Assembly (NCBI GenBank): GCA_964247055.1
Contig: OZ176054.1
Coordinates: 10,602,001-10,666,000, forward strand
Length of the DNA stretch: 64,000 bases
Direction: 5' to 3'
From: Paragordius varius
Lineage: Eukaryota; Animalia; Nematomorpha
Both the position numbers and the translations under genes were made by a program. Position 1 is the first letter of the stretch, and each line of letters starts with the position of its first letter. This document shows, piece after piece, positions 31,984-47,380 of the stretch. Under the pieces are notes generated by a model. It had not been told where the DNA came from. It did no database searches and saw nothing but the letters and a program-made list of their open reading frames with translations.

Positions 31984-33799
31984 CTTAAATAATATCTATT
32001 ATATATATTCGAATTACAGGATCATAATGATTTTTTTAGTTTCAGGCTTGACATGTGATTTACGAAAGTTATTTTACTTTGGTGGTTACATGTCCATAAA
32101 TTGCAAACTTACTACAAAACCGTATACACAAAAAATATCATGATGATCAATATTATAGATCATAAGTACTCGTAAAATCTTTTGAAGAGCCGAACATAAT
32201 GACTTCCTCCCAAGAACTATATAATACCGACAAATATTGCGCTTCCTATGCAGATACTATAAATTGTAGCCTATGATTTTCGGGTTCTACCCAAATCGTT
32301 TGATAATAACATCTCACATATTTTAATATTAACCAATATTTTGTTATAAATTGAGCTTTTTTCTATTTTAAATATGCCGCCCCGATGTAAGTGGAGACAT
32401 AACAATAAATATAGCTTCAATATATTTTTGTATTTCAATATTTATTGGCACATCTTGTCCAAAATATACCTTCCTTTGCAATCTGCAAAAATTGGTCCAA
32501 CATTTAAAAATTTTATTTATTAGGTTTAGTTCGATAATTTTTGGCTCCGGTTTAACGTTAAACTCGAAATTTTCAAAATTTTTTAGATAGAGAGCCATGT
32601 ATTATATATCGTTCGAAAGAGCGCGAAAACTTTATTTCTCGAATGGTAGTCAGTCATTTAAAACAATATGATGTAAAAATTATTTGGTTTATATGGACAA
32701 AATTTACTTTACAGTACAACTAATTTAAAATCATATAAATAATTTTAACATAACACGGTACATTAGTAATAAATTAAAAAAATCTTTGAAAAAGCTTTTC
32801 ATTTGCTTTTTTGATAAAAATTATTATTATTAAATATTTTACCAATTGAATACAAGTGCCTCGTTAAAACTGTAAATTTATTGCATATCGCTAAAAAAAT
32901 CAAGAAATACCTTAAACTTTGTTTTTAGTCTTTAATATTTTTTAAAATATAAGCTTCCTAAGGAAAATAAAATTATATTAATGAGATGGTAATTTTTTAA
33001 AAAACAACAAACTTAAAAATAGCTGTTTTGAATGAAATAAAAATTAAGTATGCATTTTATAAAGTTTTCATTACTCTTTCAAATGATACATTACAAATGG
33101 GCATTTGTTGAATATTTTTGAATAAAAACATTAAAGAGAGTGCATAACCAAAAAAAATAAATTATATAAAATTCTTGTACTGTTAAAATAATAGTATATA
33201 TCAGAAAATGCAAAAACCACGAGTGGCAGAAAATTTGTTGTCCAGTGTAAGAGTCGCCAATGGACGCCTACGAAATAAAATGAATTATGGTATCTTTATG
33301 TTCAATTTTAATAGTGTTTATAAGGATGCATAGTAAAATTAAGGGGCCACGAGTGATATAAATACAATTTAACAAATAATGTTTTTTAACTTGTAAAATT
33401 TTTGTTATAAAGATAAATAACAATCATCGTAGATAAATATATAATAAAATCTTCTGGTTCGGAAAGGCTGTTTATACGAGCATTTCTATTCCAATCATTA
33501 TAACATATGTATAAATTTTCTATGAATCAGAAGATGTTATCGATATTTATGAAAAATGTAGAATTATTTTCAATCTTTTAAAACCGAAATAATCCTGTTA
33601 AATATTATAAACAATGTTATTTCGAAACTAATAAACATTTCGTGTTATTTTCATTGAGCCATTGTATGACTGAACGAAGTGCATGTCATTCCGAATTTTT
33701 CAAAAAACAGTAAAAAATTGGGCGCAGTAGGGTCGCAGTTTTTTTCTGAAAACCCAGTACGGTACTGCGAAAAACAGGCTATCTGGTCACATTAGTTTA

Positions 33800-34330
33800 A
33801 AAAGTTGATGAATTTAAAAGTAGATGGTTTAGAATGGAAAAATTGCTGTGGAAGATGCCCAGATGGTGCAAGAGAGATGACGGGCAAAAATATTGGTTAA
33901 ATTATTTTTTCAAGCTGCTCATTATGATATTTTACTCATGGCCTTATTCACCTGGATGCTCTTGCAGCAAAATTGAACGATGTGCTTCAGGATGCTGTTA
34001 AGGTCTTAAATTTTTTTAAGCGCCATGCCCTTAACAGTCGCTTATTTTTGAATCTCTGTAAGGATACGGATATTAACTACACTACCTTGTTATTACATGC
34101 AGAAGTAATATGGTTGTCAAGAGGTCAAAGTTTTGAAAGATTATTGTTATTGAAGGACGAAATCAAAATATTTTTAAATGAACGAAAATGTGAATTTGCT
34201 GCTTTTTTTAAAATAACTTGTGGCTATCCAAGCTGTGTTATTTGTCAGAGATTTTTCCGAAGTTAAATAATCGCAACTTGTCTCTTCAAGGAAAAAAATG
34301 CGATATATTTACTTCAAACGATAAAATTGT
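33800..34330 (+). pseudogene. Degraded hAT (Buster/Charlie; ZBED5/FAM200-like) transposase
   Basis: Reads CPDGAREMTGKN..HLDALAAKLNDVLQDAVKVLNFFKRHALNSRLF..LLLHAEVIWLSRG..ERLLLLKDEIKIFL, with stops and frameshifts around it. Confidence 0.85.
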
Positions 34331-34710
34331 AAGATCATTTGTTTTAAAACTGCCAAAATTAAAATTTTGATGTATATATATATTTTAAAAAATTTCTTTA
34401 TATCAAGCTTCGCCATTTTTCCCTTATTTATAAATAGCACATATAAGTATTAAATTAGTTTTTTCAGTTGTCGGCTTGATCAGCACACCATCGGCTGGTA
34501 TTCATGGAATCACCTGTAGCGCTGTTAACTACACTATAATTTTACGAATTTCATGATAAGCCAAAACTATTATATATACACTTAAATATTAACTTTTGAG
34601 TTCTATTCACCTTAAATCAATCGTTAATCAAATTCATGAATTATTTTATCCAATAATGAAAAATAGTATAAACTATAAATCAATAATATTTATTGCTCTA
34701 TAAAATACAA

Positions 34711-36241
34711 TCACAATATATTACACATTTTAGATTTTATAGTTTGATTAAGGTGTGATAAATTTCGCGAAATATTATAATTATAGCTATTTTCCGGATT
34801 TGGATCATGGGAAGCTTTTATTGGTGAATTGGAAGGAGTGATGTATGTTGGGGATGTTGATTTATCTATCTCAAAATATTTGCAAAAAAATAAAAATTTA
34901 AGTGAATCAATTGGGTTATTTTTAAAAATAGGCATTATAGTGGTCTTAAATATTGGTTAATAAGGTTTATTTTACCCTATAAATATTTTAACCAGTCCTA
35001 ATCTCAATGCAATTTTTTATATAAATATTACAATGCTGACATTTACTAGCATGATTTTGGATGGTAACTGTGAACGATTATAAATAAATCAGTCAATTTT
35101 TTGGCAAATTAATTCAGGGTAAACTGTTTCATGAATGAGTGAATGCATAAGCATTCAGATGGATTATTATTTTGGGCGACAAAATCCATTTTTCCTAGAC
35201 ATATTTGAATCTTATTTTTTATTGATTTAAAATAATATAGTATGAATCATTTAAGTTTGGATTATCCAATTACATATAAATTTCTGTTATCTTGCTATAT
35301 TAGTTACAGAAAAAATACATTATATACCATCAAAAATTATTTTAAGTCATTTAATCATCATGTCTGGCCTTATGAATAATCGATTTTTCCTACCAAAATG
35401 AACACAAATATAGGTTATAATATAAACCAGCTGCTCTATAATTTTTGAATATTATATGTTTTAAAATAATATACCTATTTTTAATTATTGCCGCTGATAC
35501 TAAATTAAGTTCAAGAAATATATTTTGAAGTATTGGAAACTAATTGAACTGTCAAAATAATATAATTAATAGTCAAAATAATAAAGTTTTTTTAAACATA
35601 ATTTTCCGAAGTCATTTGAATTAATTTTTTTTTTTAGTTTTTTAAATTTTCTGTCTAGCCACTCATAAAAATATTTTAATTTTTACCAAATTTTTATTCA
35701 AAAATAAATCATTATTAAACTATTTCGACTCAAAATTTGACACATTTATGTTACTATGTTACTTCTTTTAACAAACAACGATTTTTTTGGTCTTCTCAGG
35801 GTCGTAGGTGATGGTGGTGTCACATGTTCCGATAATGCAGAGCTTCGAAGTTTTTCAACTGATTTATTTATATTTGGATTGTCAATTGGCTCGAGAGTGT
35901 TATAGATTTTAGTTGTTTCAACAGTATTTGGGGTTTGTGGATACTCGACATCAGATTTGAACCTAACTCCCATTTTAATTGAACTGGTGCTTGGAAAGGG
36001 CTTTGATATTGATGACCTGATAATGGAAGACTCTTTATCATCGTTTTCTGGCTGCTTTTCAAGTTCTGGTAGAGATCTATCAATCTGGTTGTCACAATCA
36101 AGATTATCTGTTTTGGCATTAAAAATATTTTTTTATCTATATTATTTTTGAGGAAGTGTGGAATGGGATAAAATTACCATTTAGCTCATTGTGGCTCTCA
36201 TTATCTTGATTTTTTGTTGCATCTTCAAGTAGTTGCTTTGC

Positions 36242-36284
<43 letters not shown>

Positions 36285-39200
36285 TAAAATTATAATAGGC
36301 AGATCTTAAGGTCATTTTCAAGGTATGAGCATTCACAATTCTTCGATTGGGGTCAAACCATCAATGATGTCAAAATGCACAAAAAATATTTATCATTTTC
36401 TAGTAATTTTCCACAGGTAAAATTTGGTGGGTGATGAATGGCCAAAATCAAAATTTGTGGTGATTTTTGAAACATTAAATCACATGAAAGAATATATCTT
36501 TATAAAATTTTTAGCATGCTTAAAATAAAAATAGGATTCTATTGCTAAAACTTAATTTTTATAAGCATAAGCTTTTTTCGAACAAAGTCATCTGTATCAA
36601 ACACTAAAATTTTATCGCTACCGGCACTCTTGCGTTAATTTCAGGACAGCTGATCTTTAAAGCTTTTGAAAATGATCATGGGTGATATATTTCTATGACT
36701 TTTAAACTTTAAAAATCACTATGTTGAGGTTTGTATCATAAGCTAAATATTTTATACTATTTTAATCCATGCAGGTGTTAAACACTTCATTAGCTTCTGG
36801 GGTATTTTTCTCCCTTAATTTCGAATCTAATTTTAATAATACCTATAATGACTTAATTTTAAAAATGTACTCTACGGACTATAAAAAATTATAATAACTT
36901 AAAAATGAATTCAATGACATTTTGAAACAATAATAATAATTAATGATTTTAAATCTGTTGTTATTCCATTAAGATAGGGCTCCAAAACTTAAGAACAGGG
37001 GTATCTAACACTCAGCCCTTGGAGTCTTTATGTGAAATTCGCGAAGGAAATTCATAATTTACAAATAATTATAAACTCAATAAAATTAATATATCTTAAA
37101 TAACTATCCATTAATCTATCCAATTTGCAGGAACTTTGCTATTTCTGTTGAGAATTTACAGACTATGTTTGAATTCTTTAAATTATTTATAAATGCCAAA
37201 TATGTTACGAACGAGGCCCGCAAGGATTTTGGAGCACAAATGCGTCCCGCGAAGCTATTTGTGTCCACCCCTGCTCTAGAAGTTCAAATGGAAAACATTC
37301 AGTTTTTTTATTATAATGTAATTTTTATTTTAACTTATAAAAATATAAAACTATGGTCATCTCATGACAAACTTAAATCCAAAATCAGACTGGTCAAATA
37401 TCTGTTCTTCATAAGCATGCTTTACGGTGCAGAGAGTTGGCCACTAAAGGAAGGAGATGAAAAATATATAAATGCTTTAGAAATGTGGTGGTGGAAGAAA
37501 TTGCTACAGATAAAATTGGAAAGAAATTAAAAACGCATCCTCGATAAAATTAAAACTGAAACATACTTATGAGGCTTATGCCTTAAAATGAAGCTCTATT
37601 ACTTCGGCCACATCACTAGAGCCAAAAACTTGGTCATAATGTCGGGTAAATTGAAGGTTCAAGATCCATGGTAGATCTTAATCCCGTTGGATTGATAATT
37701 TAACTAAAGAAACCAAGGAACAATGCAACAGGTTGATATTCATCACACCTAACCGTACGAGCTGGCGTAAATACTAAGAAATAGCGACAAATCGACCCCA
37801 ATCTTAGCTATAACAACTATTTTATAGCAAAAACACCCATTCTAATATATTTAAACTCTAATAAGAAAAATAGCCAAAATGTTTCTTCTTAAATGGATAT
37901 GAAGTGTGACGTGAATTACATTCTTCATTATTAAAATCAGAATGCACACATTTAAGACTGTTTTGAAAACCGGTATGTTTTTTGTAATTTATTAGCCATT
38001 TTTACTAAAAAAAAGATAATAATACATATCATTACGCATATGTTTGATAATGATTTAACTTATAACTATCAAAAATTAAATACTTGGATCTTCTTGATAG
38101 GCAGACACAAAATCTTGCTCATTTAATCTAGATATGTCAAAAATCCACTGTTTAAAAGTTTGGTTATTGCAATCTATGGCCAAAATAAAAAAATAATTAT
38201 AAAGCATTTAATATAAACTTAAATTTAGCCTGAAAAATGGAGATTATTTTTTGGCCATCAATATTTAACAGTAAAAATATAAAATATTAATTAAGAATTA
38301 ACCTCAAATTAATATGGCCGTCAAATATTTAAGCCCAATAATATGTACGGATATTTTGTGTATTTATATACCATAACCGTCAAATTTTCTTGTATTACCA
38401 CTTCCTGATTTTTTCATTTTTTTCTCCATGATATATTGGGGTAGTTTTCTCAGAATCTTTTAAATAAACTCTTATTTTAGATTTAAATGTCAGACATTGA
38501 TCTCTGGCATTAGTCAAAAAAAACTTATATTTTTTACAGTGTAACTTCTAGGGTGTATGGGAGAGCTCCCAAGATTGAACTAAACAGCAGATTATAAACA
38601 TATCAATTTTTTGATGCTAAAATGTAACCTGAAACTTACTAAAGTTAATTATTGACATTTTCTAACCATCGTTTATCTATCTATTATATATTTAAAAATG
38701 GTCGGGAAAGAGTTTAATTAAGATTAAGATTTTTTTTACAATTTATATTTTTTTTAAAAAATATTATGCGCCGAAAAGGCTCAAGAAAGCATATTTTTAG
38801 ATTCGGCCTTATAACTCAAATACTTTTTCAGATATTCAGATTTCAACTCGCTTTGAAATGTGAAACTACCCCAAAGGTCAAAAGTGATAAATGCTCATAA
38901 ACCTTTACTTAAAGAGTATATATTGGACCAAATAAATTTAAAAAGGTTTTTATTAATAAAATATTTATTTATTCTATTTCAATTATTGATTACATAAACC
39001 AGATTTAAGGATCCACTTACTACCAACTTATTATTTTAATATTTTTTTCAATAAAATTCACCCCACGCTATAGTTTAGTCCAAGCTCTATAAAAATATTA
39101 CCTTGAATCAAATCTGATATTATGCTAAATACAGTAAAGTCAGTGGACTCTTTTGATTTTGGACTAGTTTTATCTTTGCTTTGGAAATTCGCTTGTTTGT

Positions 39201-42200
39201 TCTCCAAAATTGTGCCATATAACTCATAAAACTGCTGGAAAGATGAATTTATGTTTTTGAGGTTTATATTAGTTGGAGTATTGATTGCCGTTGGTATTAA
39301 GTTGACTGGGTAAATTTTGAAATAGGGCTAACAAAAAAATAATAAAAATAAACTCTAACAATATCCGACCGCTATGTTTTATTGGCGTTTTATGCCGTTG
39401 AGATGGATGCAAGACAAATATTTAAATATAATTATAAATTATGAATTCTACGAATCAATCGCAAATACCATTTTGCAAAAGAAAATTACTATTATTAAAT
39501 TTTTTAAAATGCTATCAACAAAGAATGCAAAAAAGATTCTAAAAACCTGATAATACAACCCAGGATAGAGACAAAAAATTCGCTCAAATCTGTCCAATAT
39601 CCTCGCCAGCCCTTCCAAGAGATTAATGAGGATAGGTTCAATTTTCGTTTCAAACATGGCTTCGTATTGATAAATTATGTCTATGTCAATTCTCTCGTGT
39701 CTGGTTGGGAATTCAATAATCACAAAAATCTAAATTAATTTTTTAGAAATATTATATAATCTTATAAAAAGTTATTGTTTTGCCCTTACAAAAGTGAAAG
39801 CTGTAATATTATTACATTATTAGTTCGCAATAAGATTAAACTATTCCGTTGTACAGCAAAACTATCCGCATCCTTGAAAATGTCTGGTCCCATATTTAAG
39901 AATTGATTGAATAAACAGATTCTCAAATACTTGGGCATAAATTGTTCATTAAATTTATACCACCAAGTTAAATGGATGATGGAATCAATAGGTTCATTGC
40001 TTGATACAGTTTTGAAGTTTGAATCGTGTGTTACATTTGCAACCGCCTCGGAATAAACTTCCTTCAGCTGTATCTAATTTTAAAATCAAACATTCCACAA
40101 AAATATTAAATTTGTTATTTTAATTTAAATATGGAATATATGAACAAATCATAAGCCATAACTCAGAATCTTCCAGTTAATACGCCTGATTTTTTATATA
40201 TTTTGTTCGAAAAAAAACATGGTAGGTTCATTGTTTTATCAATATTTAAATTTATTTTAAATTGAAATATAACGATAGTCGAAAATCGAACATATAAACT
40301 AAAAAACTATCACTTTTACTTAAAAATCAAATAGTTTTACAATAATTACTTTCCTAAGTGGAATCCAAAAATTTTTTTTGATTTAATCATCATTTTTTCA
40401 ACAAAAAGTTAAAATGTCTGACTAAAATTAAATAATATAATATTCATATATATAACTATAAATTTTGACTATTCAAATAATGTGTAATCCTCCAGAGTAT
40501 AATAGCTGTTTTGTATTACCTTATACAATATTTGGCGATATTCATCAAACATTTCTGGATTAGAATATTTTAGCGTTTCGTAGAATTGAGGGTTGATGAA
40601 AAAGTTATGATTTTGAAGAATTGTGGTCCAAACCTGTATTTATAACACTTATTTTATAATGATCCATATATGCTATACGGTTTTATTGAAATTAATTAAT
40701 GATCGAATTTGTTTAAACAAAATTTCGGATTACCGTTACTCCTCTTTGACAATTCTAAAAAATAAAACTAAAAAAATCATTAGATTACCTCAAATTCCTT
40801 TAAGATCGGCACATATGAGCTATTCATAGATAAGGCCTCTTTACTTTTCTCTTTTAGCGATTGAAATGATTCCATGGAAACCGATTCTAAATCTTCTTGA
40901 TCTGATGTAGAAGGGATTTCACTGGAGTTTTTATCCCAAGTGTTTGGGGAAAAAGGGTTGAGAGACCCATCATTGTTAATTTGGGCAGTTAATTGTTGTA
41001 TTGTGATAGCCGTTAAACTTTCTAGATATTGGATTTGATTTAAAATGATAGTGTGGATTTGAGGAATGGAAACATTTTTATCTCCCAATGCAACATGTTT
41101 TAGCAGGCTAATTAGGCCCTAACATATGAAAATTTTTAATATAATTAGTACAATCATGGTTTTCAAATAAATTTCATTTTTTAATGAGGGGATGTATAAA
41201 AAGAACAATTTTGAGATCAATATATATTTAAAATTCTTGGTCATTGACTGATGTTCTATCAGAATTACATGAATTTTCCAAAAAATATACATAATTTACA
41301 TCCCTTTCATGCAAACCGCCTATTGCGCTAAAATATATAATCTGGCCAAGTTTAGGTATAAGGAGCTGCAATTAAATTTTTTTGGGCATCAAAAATTATA
41401 AGTCTTCCTAACTATCTAGCAATTTTGGAATTTTGTTTCCACATATTGATAATTTAATGAGTCATAAAGGATAAAAGTAACATAACAGCTTATTATATAA
41501 AAATTTGTAGATTTCCGTTGTTGTTGCTCAAACTATCTAGGTAATTCGCATTGATTTTATTTTAATTTGTATTTTAGGTTCATTTGAGTATTATTATGAT
41601 TAAATTTGTAAGCGTTTCTTAAAGGATAAACGTGGAAATGTTAATGTTATGGCTATAATACCATTTACAATTCAAATTCACCTTTAAACAATTCAAACTC
41701 CGAACATTTAAATTCACCCTTGAACAATTCAAATTCACCCTAAAAAATAAATTATGTGTTTTCGGACTAATATAACTCATTATTCATAAGAAATATAATC
41801 ATATGGCAAAGTTTACTATTTTCTGTATTATATTAATTTTAAAGGTTTATGTTTTTAAAATATATAAAAAATATAGGTTATTTTTAATCTTAATAAGGTG
41901 AATTTGAATTGTTCGAGGGTGAATTCGAATCAAGGGTGAATTTTAATGTTTAAGGGTGAATTTAAACTCTAAATGGTATACTATGCTAAATAATTCATTG
42001 TTTTTTAACTTTTTTAATCGCTTTGTAAAAATAAGTGTCTTAATTAGTCAAAAATATATTAAATCACACACACTAGGTATTGTCATAAGTTAATACCGAT
42101 TTAACTAAGAAAAAACGTCAGGGAAAAGTGCATGATTAAATTGAAACGGATCCCATATTCATATAACATGTTGAACTTACACAAGTTCAACAAAAACTAG

Positions 42201-45200
42201 CGTCTTATTTTTATCATTCAATAATCATGTCAAATTTTGTGCCAGAATAAGAACATTGGCGGTACACATTGCCATCATAAAAAAGGCCTGCTAAAAATTA
42301 CGTTTGCTGGAAGAAACATATGATCAACATGCTCTTTCGATTAACACATGTGTAAAATCGTTTCGAAATATTAATAACTTTTGATTTAATGAAAATGGGT
42401 AAGCCCTCTAATAGACCATAAAACTGCGAATTAAGTGCAAGCGTGTTTCGATGACCCAGCCTAATAACAATAATTAGCAAACGATTTACAAGTATCCTGA
42501 AAAACAGTTAACAGATATCTACGAGCGATGGAAACCAATACCTCGGTAAATCAATAATTTAAATAAACTTCAAATCAAAAATTAAAAAATGACTTGTGAA
42601 ATACTGCTTTAAGGAAAAGAAATCGTTTTTGTATTGAATAATTGGGAATTGGTTTTATTTAATAAATCCAAAGTGGATAAAATCTTGTTTTTATTTCGTT
42701 AAGCGGGTCCATCAACACGGCATTGGCCAGGTCATTGTCTATTACTAACTTTCGAGTAGGCGAAGAAGCCCCAAAGCTTCCGTTAACAAATTATAAATTT
42801 TAACCATGCATTAAGGGAAAAGTGGTTTTTCTACATAACTTGCTTCGTTTAACGCAGTAAACAACAAATGAAACACACCATGAATTCGGTTTGACGGAAT
42901 TTCTTTCGCATTCGTTAGATGTACAATATGAATAAATATATAATTGATTTCTTGTATTTTTTATCAAAAGACGGTTAAAATCTCATAATTACTGCTAGGT
43001 CCCAACTAACCAAAATTAAGGAGAACAAAAAATATTATTTTACAGATCTCACATTAGATACTCATTCAAAAAACATAAAATATTTACTTTTTTCGCCAAA
43101 AGGTTTAATCCACGTATACAATCCGAAATATCGGTATAATTGCATGCCTTCACTAAACCCGCCAATATATTTTGGTTATCGCTCGCTTCTCTAGATGTAA
43201 TCGCATCCTTGGAATAGAGACATATTAAATTATTATTTTCTGTCGGCTTTTGTTCTGCATCTGAGCTGCCTATGTCTTGATTATTATAAGCAAAATCGGT
43301 GGTGGTACCTATTAAAGTTGCCAACAAAATTTGAGTTAAAATTATATCTCCTTTTTTGATTCCGTGTATACCATCACCAATATCTATGACATGTTCGGCC
43401 GTATCTATATTGGATAAGGCTTCCAATTGTTTTTGACATTGCCAGGGTATATCATTTGCATCGTAGGTTGAATCATTTAGGCGGTGTAACGCATTATGAT
43501 CATTTCTACACGAGTTATGGTACATGTTACTTAAATCACAATTTTCAGCATTTAAATTATTATGTGAGATGCTATGATTATTTTCATTCGTCATATTGGT
43601 TGTATGATCTAAAGATTGTATTGTTGATGATGGCTCTTTATTGCGCTGACTAGGGAAATCGCAAAGCGCAAATTCAGTTAACTGGGATAAAATTTGAGCT
43701 TGATAATTATCTATTCCAGGTTGTTCTGATATATCATCGTTCTATTATAATACAGTTTTGAAATTATCTGGACAAAGCGTAAAAACAAGACAATATTTTT
43801 TGTTAAAAGACAATCATATATTATATAAATTGATTTATAGAAAAACTCAATATTTTGGGTTTCATAATATGGATTAGAGATGTAAATTCACACTAAATTA
43901 TAATAAAAATAATTTTCCCCTTCATACGCTTTGCACTATTTCCGCGATGACACGGAGAGGTATAACCTATAGCTCAACGTAATTAAACTACTGTTTTAAT
44001 TTCGTTAAAATTATAATTATCAAACATTTTTCTCCTGTAATAGACAAGTCTATATTGGGACAAATACACGATTAAAATAAACAGCTGATTTTAACAATAA
44101 ATATCAAGTTTTTGCAGGTAAAATGCAACCTAAAAGCTTTATAATATTAATTATAGACATTGTCTAACCATTGTCTATTGTATGATTGAATGAAATAAAT
44201 AGAAAAAAATGGCGGCGAAAAAGTTGATGAGGATTTTTTACAATTTATTTTTAAATTTTTTTTTTGTATTATTATATTTAAATTTGGCTCAAAACTTTAA
44301 CTTTTTAGGATATTGAAATTTCAAATCGCTCCATTAACTGTTAAAAATGTGGTTTCTCTTTATGAAAAATATTTCTCGTTCTGTTTTTACTTTTTGTCTG
44401 TATATTTCTAATTTTACTGTATATTAGATATTAAAATGTTTTCATAATTTATAGTACACGAAAAAAATAAATATTGAATATATCTAATTAAACCATCATT
44501 TTCCAATCAGATGGAATGGTTATGTGTGATAATGATACACATCTACTCTTAAGGTAAGACAATTGGAGACACCTTGTTTTAACCATCTGATAACGATCAT
44601 ATGGCCTATAAAATAATGGAAAATAAATATTTACAAAATTACGAAGTAATAAAAATTAAAATTAAAAAAAAAATAATTATTTATTTCTACATTAATTAAT
44701 TATGGCAGTAGAATAAATAATAGTAATTTTATTAAATATATAGTGGGTTTAATCAACACTAGCGTATCAAACTTTTTTAGAATTGACAAATAATCCACCT
44801 TTCAAAAAAATTATATCAGCCATTAAATATTTTATATTTTTGCTATGTGTATATGATTAAAAAAATGTTTGTTAACCAAAATTTAGATTCATTTTAATTT
44901 TATGTGATTTTGAGTCCGAAACCTAGAGCTTTAAAAATGATAAAATTTATTTTTTAGGAAAAAAGCACGGACCTGAGCAACTCTATTTCAGTTTGAAGGG
45001 CAAATTGTTTCCGTTTAATGATTGATTGTAATTGATCAACTAATTTTTGTGTTGTGCTTTGTTCTTCCGTTCCATTGAATGAATTTGATAATGGTTGTTT
45101 TGGATTGGGATTCATGGATAAAGACAGAAAACATATAGTTGAGCAAGGTGCCTACAATAACCAGAATTTTTTTAAACAAAACAATTAATTTAAATATTCG

Positions 45201-47380
45201 TGCATTTAAAAAAATTAAATTAAACAAAGACAAACATATTTCAACTGATAATAGCCCATAAAAATAATTGATTTTAATATGTATTAAAACGATTTTCATC
45301 TATAATCAATACTTATCGTTTTAAATTTTGGTTAAGTTGAAACTATAATCAAAATTTTACAGTTAGTTTTAATATTATTTTTAAAACATTTATCATTTCT
45401 TAATGTATTAACAAAATCATATTATCAAATACATGAATGTCCAAAGCCATTGCCATTTGTTGTATCAATTCAAAATATCCCAGCGTTTTCGATGAATTTT
45501 CATTAAATTCAGTCCAATTCTCATGGGTTAGACACCAAATCAACGTTTTTTGACTCAATGTTAAAAATGGAATTATCAAGCAATTCACCTACATTTATAT
45601 ATTAATAATTATAATTATTTAATGGGTTTATAAAGGTAAAAAGGACCATATTATTAATGGGTTTAATTTACTAATTACTGAAAAAACATTGACTGAAAAT
45701 GGCAGAGGTTTAAATTGATTTTGACAAAAAATATCGAATATCTCTTTTAATTTCCGCAAAAGGGAACTAACATCACACTATAATTTGATATAATTATCTT
45801 TAGTTAACTAATGCCAGGTTTACTATTAATTAGTTAAATATACTTGATTTAGTGAAAGGACCCATACTTCTACCAAGAGCTGTCGCCCAGAATACCAAAC
45901 TTTCTCTTTGTTTGAGACATGAATTTTATCTATTATGTTATAATTTTTTTCTTATGCATGATCCGATTTGAAGCGAACTATGTATTAACGCAATATGGTA
46001 GCATAAATAATATTGCAACCGTTCGTCTTCATAGAAATAACGGTTGTATTCGTTTTCAAAAAATGATTTTTTATATAAATGTTAAATTGTCTGTTTTGGG
46101 GCCTCATTTATAAATGGATATTTACATTGTATACTATTTTATTATTATTATATTAGCTTTTTCATAACTTAATTATTTAAAAAATGTATATTCACCAAAT
46201 TCTTAAAATTTACTAAGCTAGGTGGTAAAAATTGAATATTGACATACCCTTTTTTAGACCTGGCCACCACATAAAAATAGTTAAATTTTCATTTCCATAT
46301 TCAATTTCTACGTGTCCCATGGTATTTAAAAATGTCTTCAACATAAAATTATAAGCCTTTTGCATTCCATCTTCTTCAAGCACAATTAAACGCATCCTAT
46401 AATAGCGTATAAAAAATATGTAAAACAATATGTCCTACGAAAACAACCAAAATTTGATAAAAAATCAATAATTTAAATTAAATTTAATAAATACGATGCA
46501 AAAACGATCATATCGCCGCTAAATTTTTATTTATAATTTAATTTAATAATGTGCCAATATAATTGGAATATAATATTTTTCAAAAATTTAACCGTGTTAT
46601 TAAATTTAATAAGCTAGGGGATAAAATGGTGCTTAAGTGTTAATTAAAATTTCGAGGTTTTTAATGTGCTAAAGACAAATTTCGCTTCCTTCAAAATTGA
46701 TCCTAAGATTTAAGATTATTGCAACACATCCGTTTTTCGTAAATAAAATGACAGGATACAATTATATTGTATATTTAACTAGTTTTTTTAAAAAATGTAC
46801 TAGCGTCTAAATAAACCTTTCTTCGAGTCTTAAGAGGTGTATGTATGTATATTATAAATATACCTATTATCAATATTAACATAACGAAAATAGGCTTGAA
46901 TCGTATGAATTGTGTTAACATGGTCTAAATCTAATTTGTTAGTTTCGCCTATTAGATCAAGATCTCCACAGCTTTCAGTTAGGAGGTTATTCTGATGTAT
47001 TTTAAATGTATTTGATGTTAAATTTTGTGTGCTAAAATCCGTCGGTGAAATACGCAAATGATTTAATCCATGCATATAACAAATAGGATATAAGCATAAC
47101 AAATTCGTAGGGTTGACATTGTTGGATTTAATAAACCTATAAATATTTACACCGTTTAAAATGATGACATGAATAAAGAAGCGTATTTTTACACAGAGTT
47201 TTGTAAAAGCTATCTAAAAAAATAACATTCTTTTTTCTCCTTTATATTTTAAAAGGGTGAATCACTTAAATTTTATTACTTGAACTCTAAAGCTTGGAAC
47301 ACTCAACTGCTCAAATCCGAGAATAATGATACAAATTTTGTGATTTTGGGATTTAATCTTACAGTTACAGGCTCAGGGTA
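34711..47380 (-). CDS. Large multi-exon protein-coding gene (possibly more than one) of unknown function
   Basis: Runs of phase-compatible GT-AG exons: 47213-46864, 46396-46248, 45929-45844, 45588-45433, 45151-44973, 44605-44494, (43966-43928), 43741-43088; then 41118-40789, 40633-40520, 40073-39816, 39729-39547, 39327-39062, 38503-~38395; low-complexity exons near 36240-36178, 36107-35750 and 34880-34711. Links across 41.1-43.1 kb and 36.2-38.4 kb are unresolved. I recognise no family. Confidence 0.65.
36996..37273. mobile_element. hAT (Buster-type) MITE
   Basis: Ends CAGGGGTATCTAACAC / GTGTCCACCCCTG; degenerate 8-bp TSD CTTAAGAA / CTCTAGAA. Confidence 0.7.
37350..37790 (+). mobile_element. 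3' fragment of an RTE-clade non-LTR retrotransposon
   Basis: KIRLVKYLFFISMLYGAESWPLKEGDEKYINALEMWWWKKLL..KLYYFGHITR resembles the RTE/BovB post-RT region; contains stops. Confidence 0.8.
41658..41980. mobile_element. MITE family A copy
   Basis: ATACCATTTACAATTCAAATTCACC...AACTCTAAATGGTATA. Confidence 0.9.

Noticed and set aside
32050-32320. Possible BEL/gypsy RT remnant (minus strand YYQTIWVEPENHRLQFIV)
   Set aside because: It is a single weak motif with stops, and neither YxDD nor LTRs were found.
37165-37530. 121-aa ORF as a single gene
   Set aside because: It is a chimera of a hAT MITE end and an RTE fragment.
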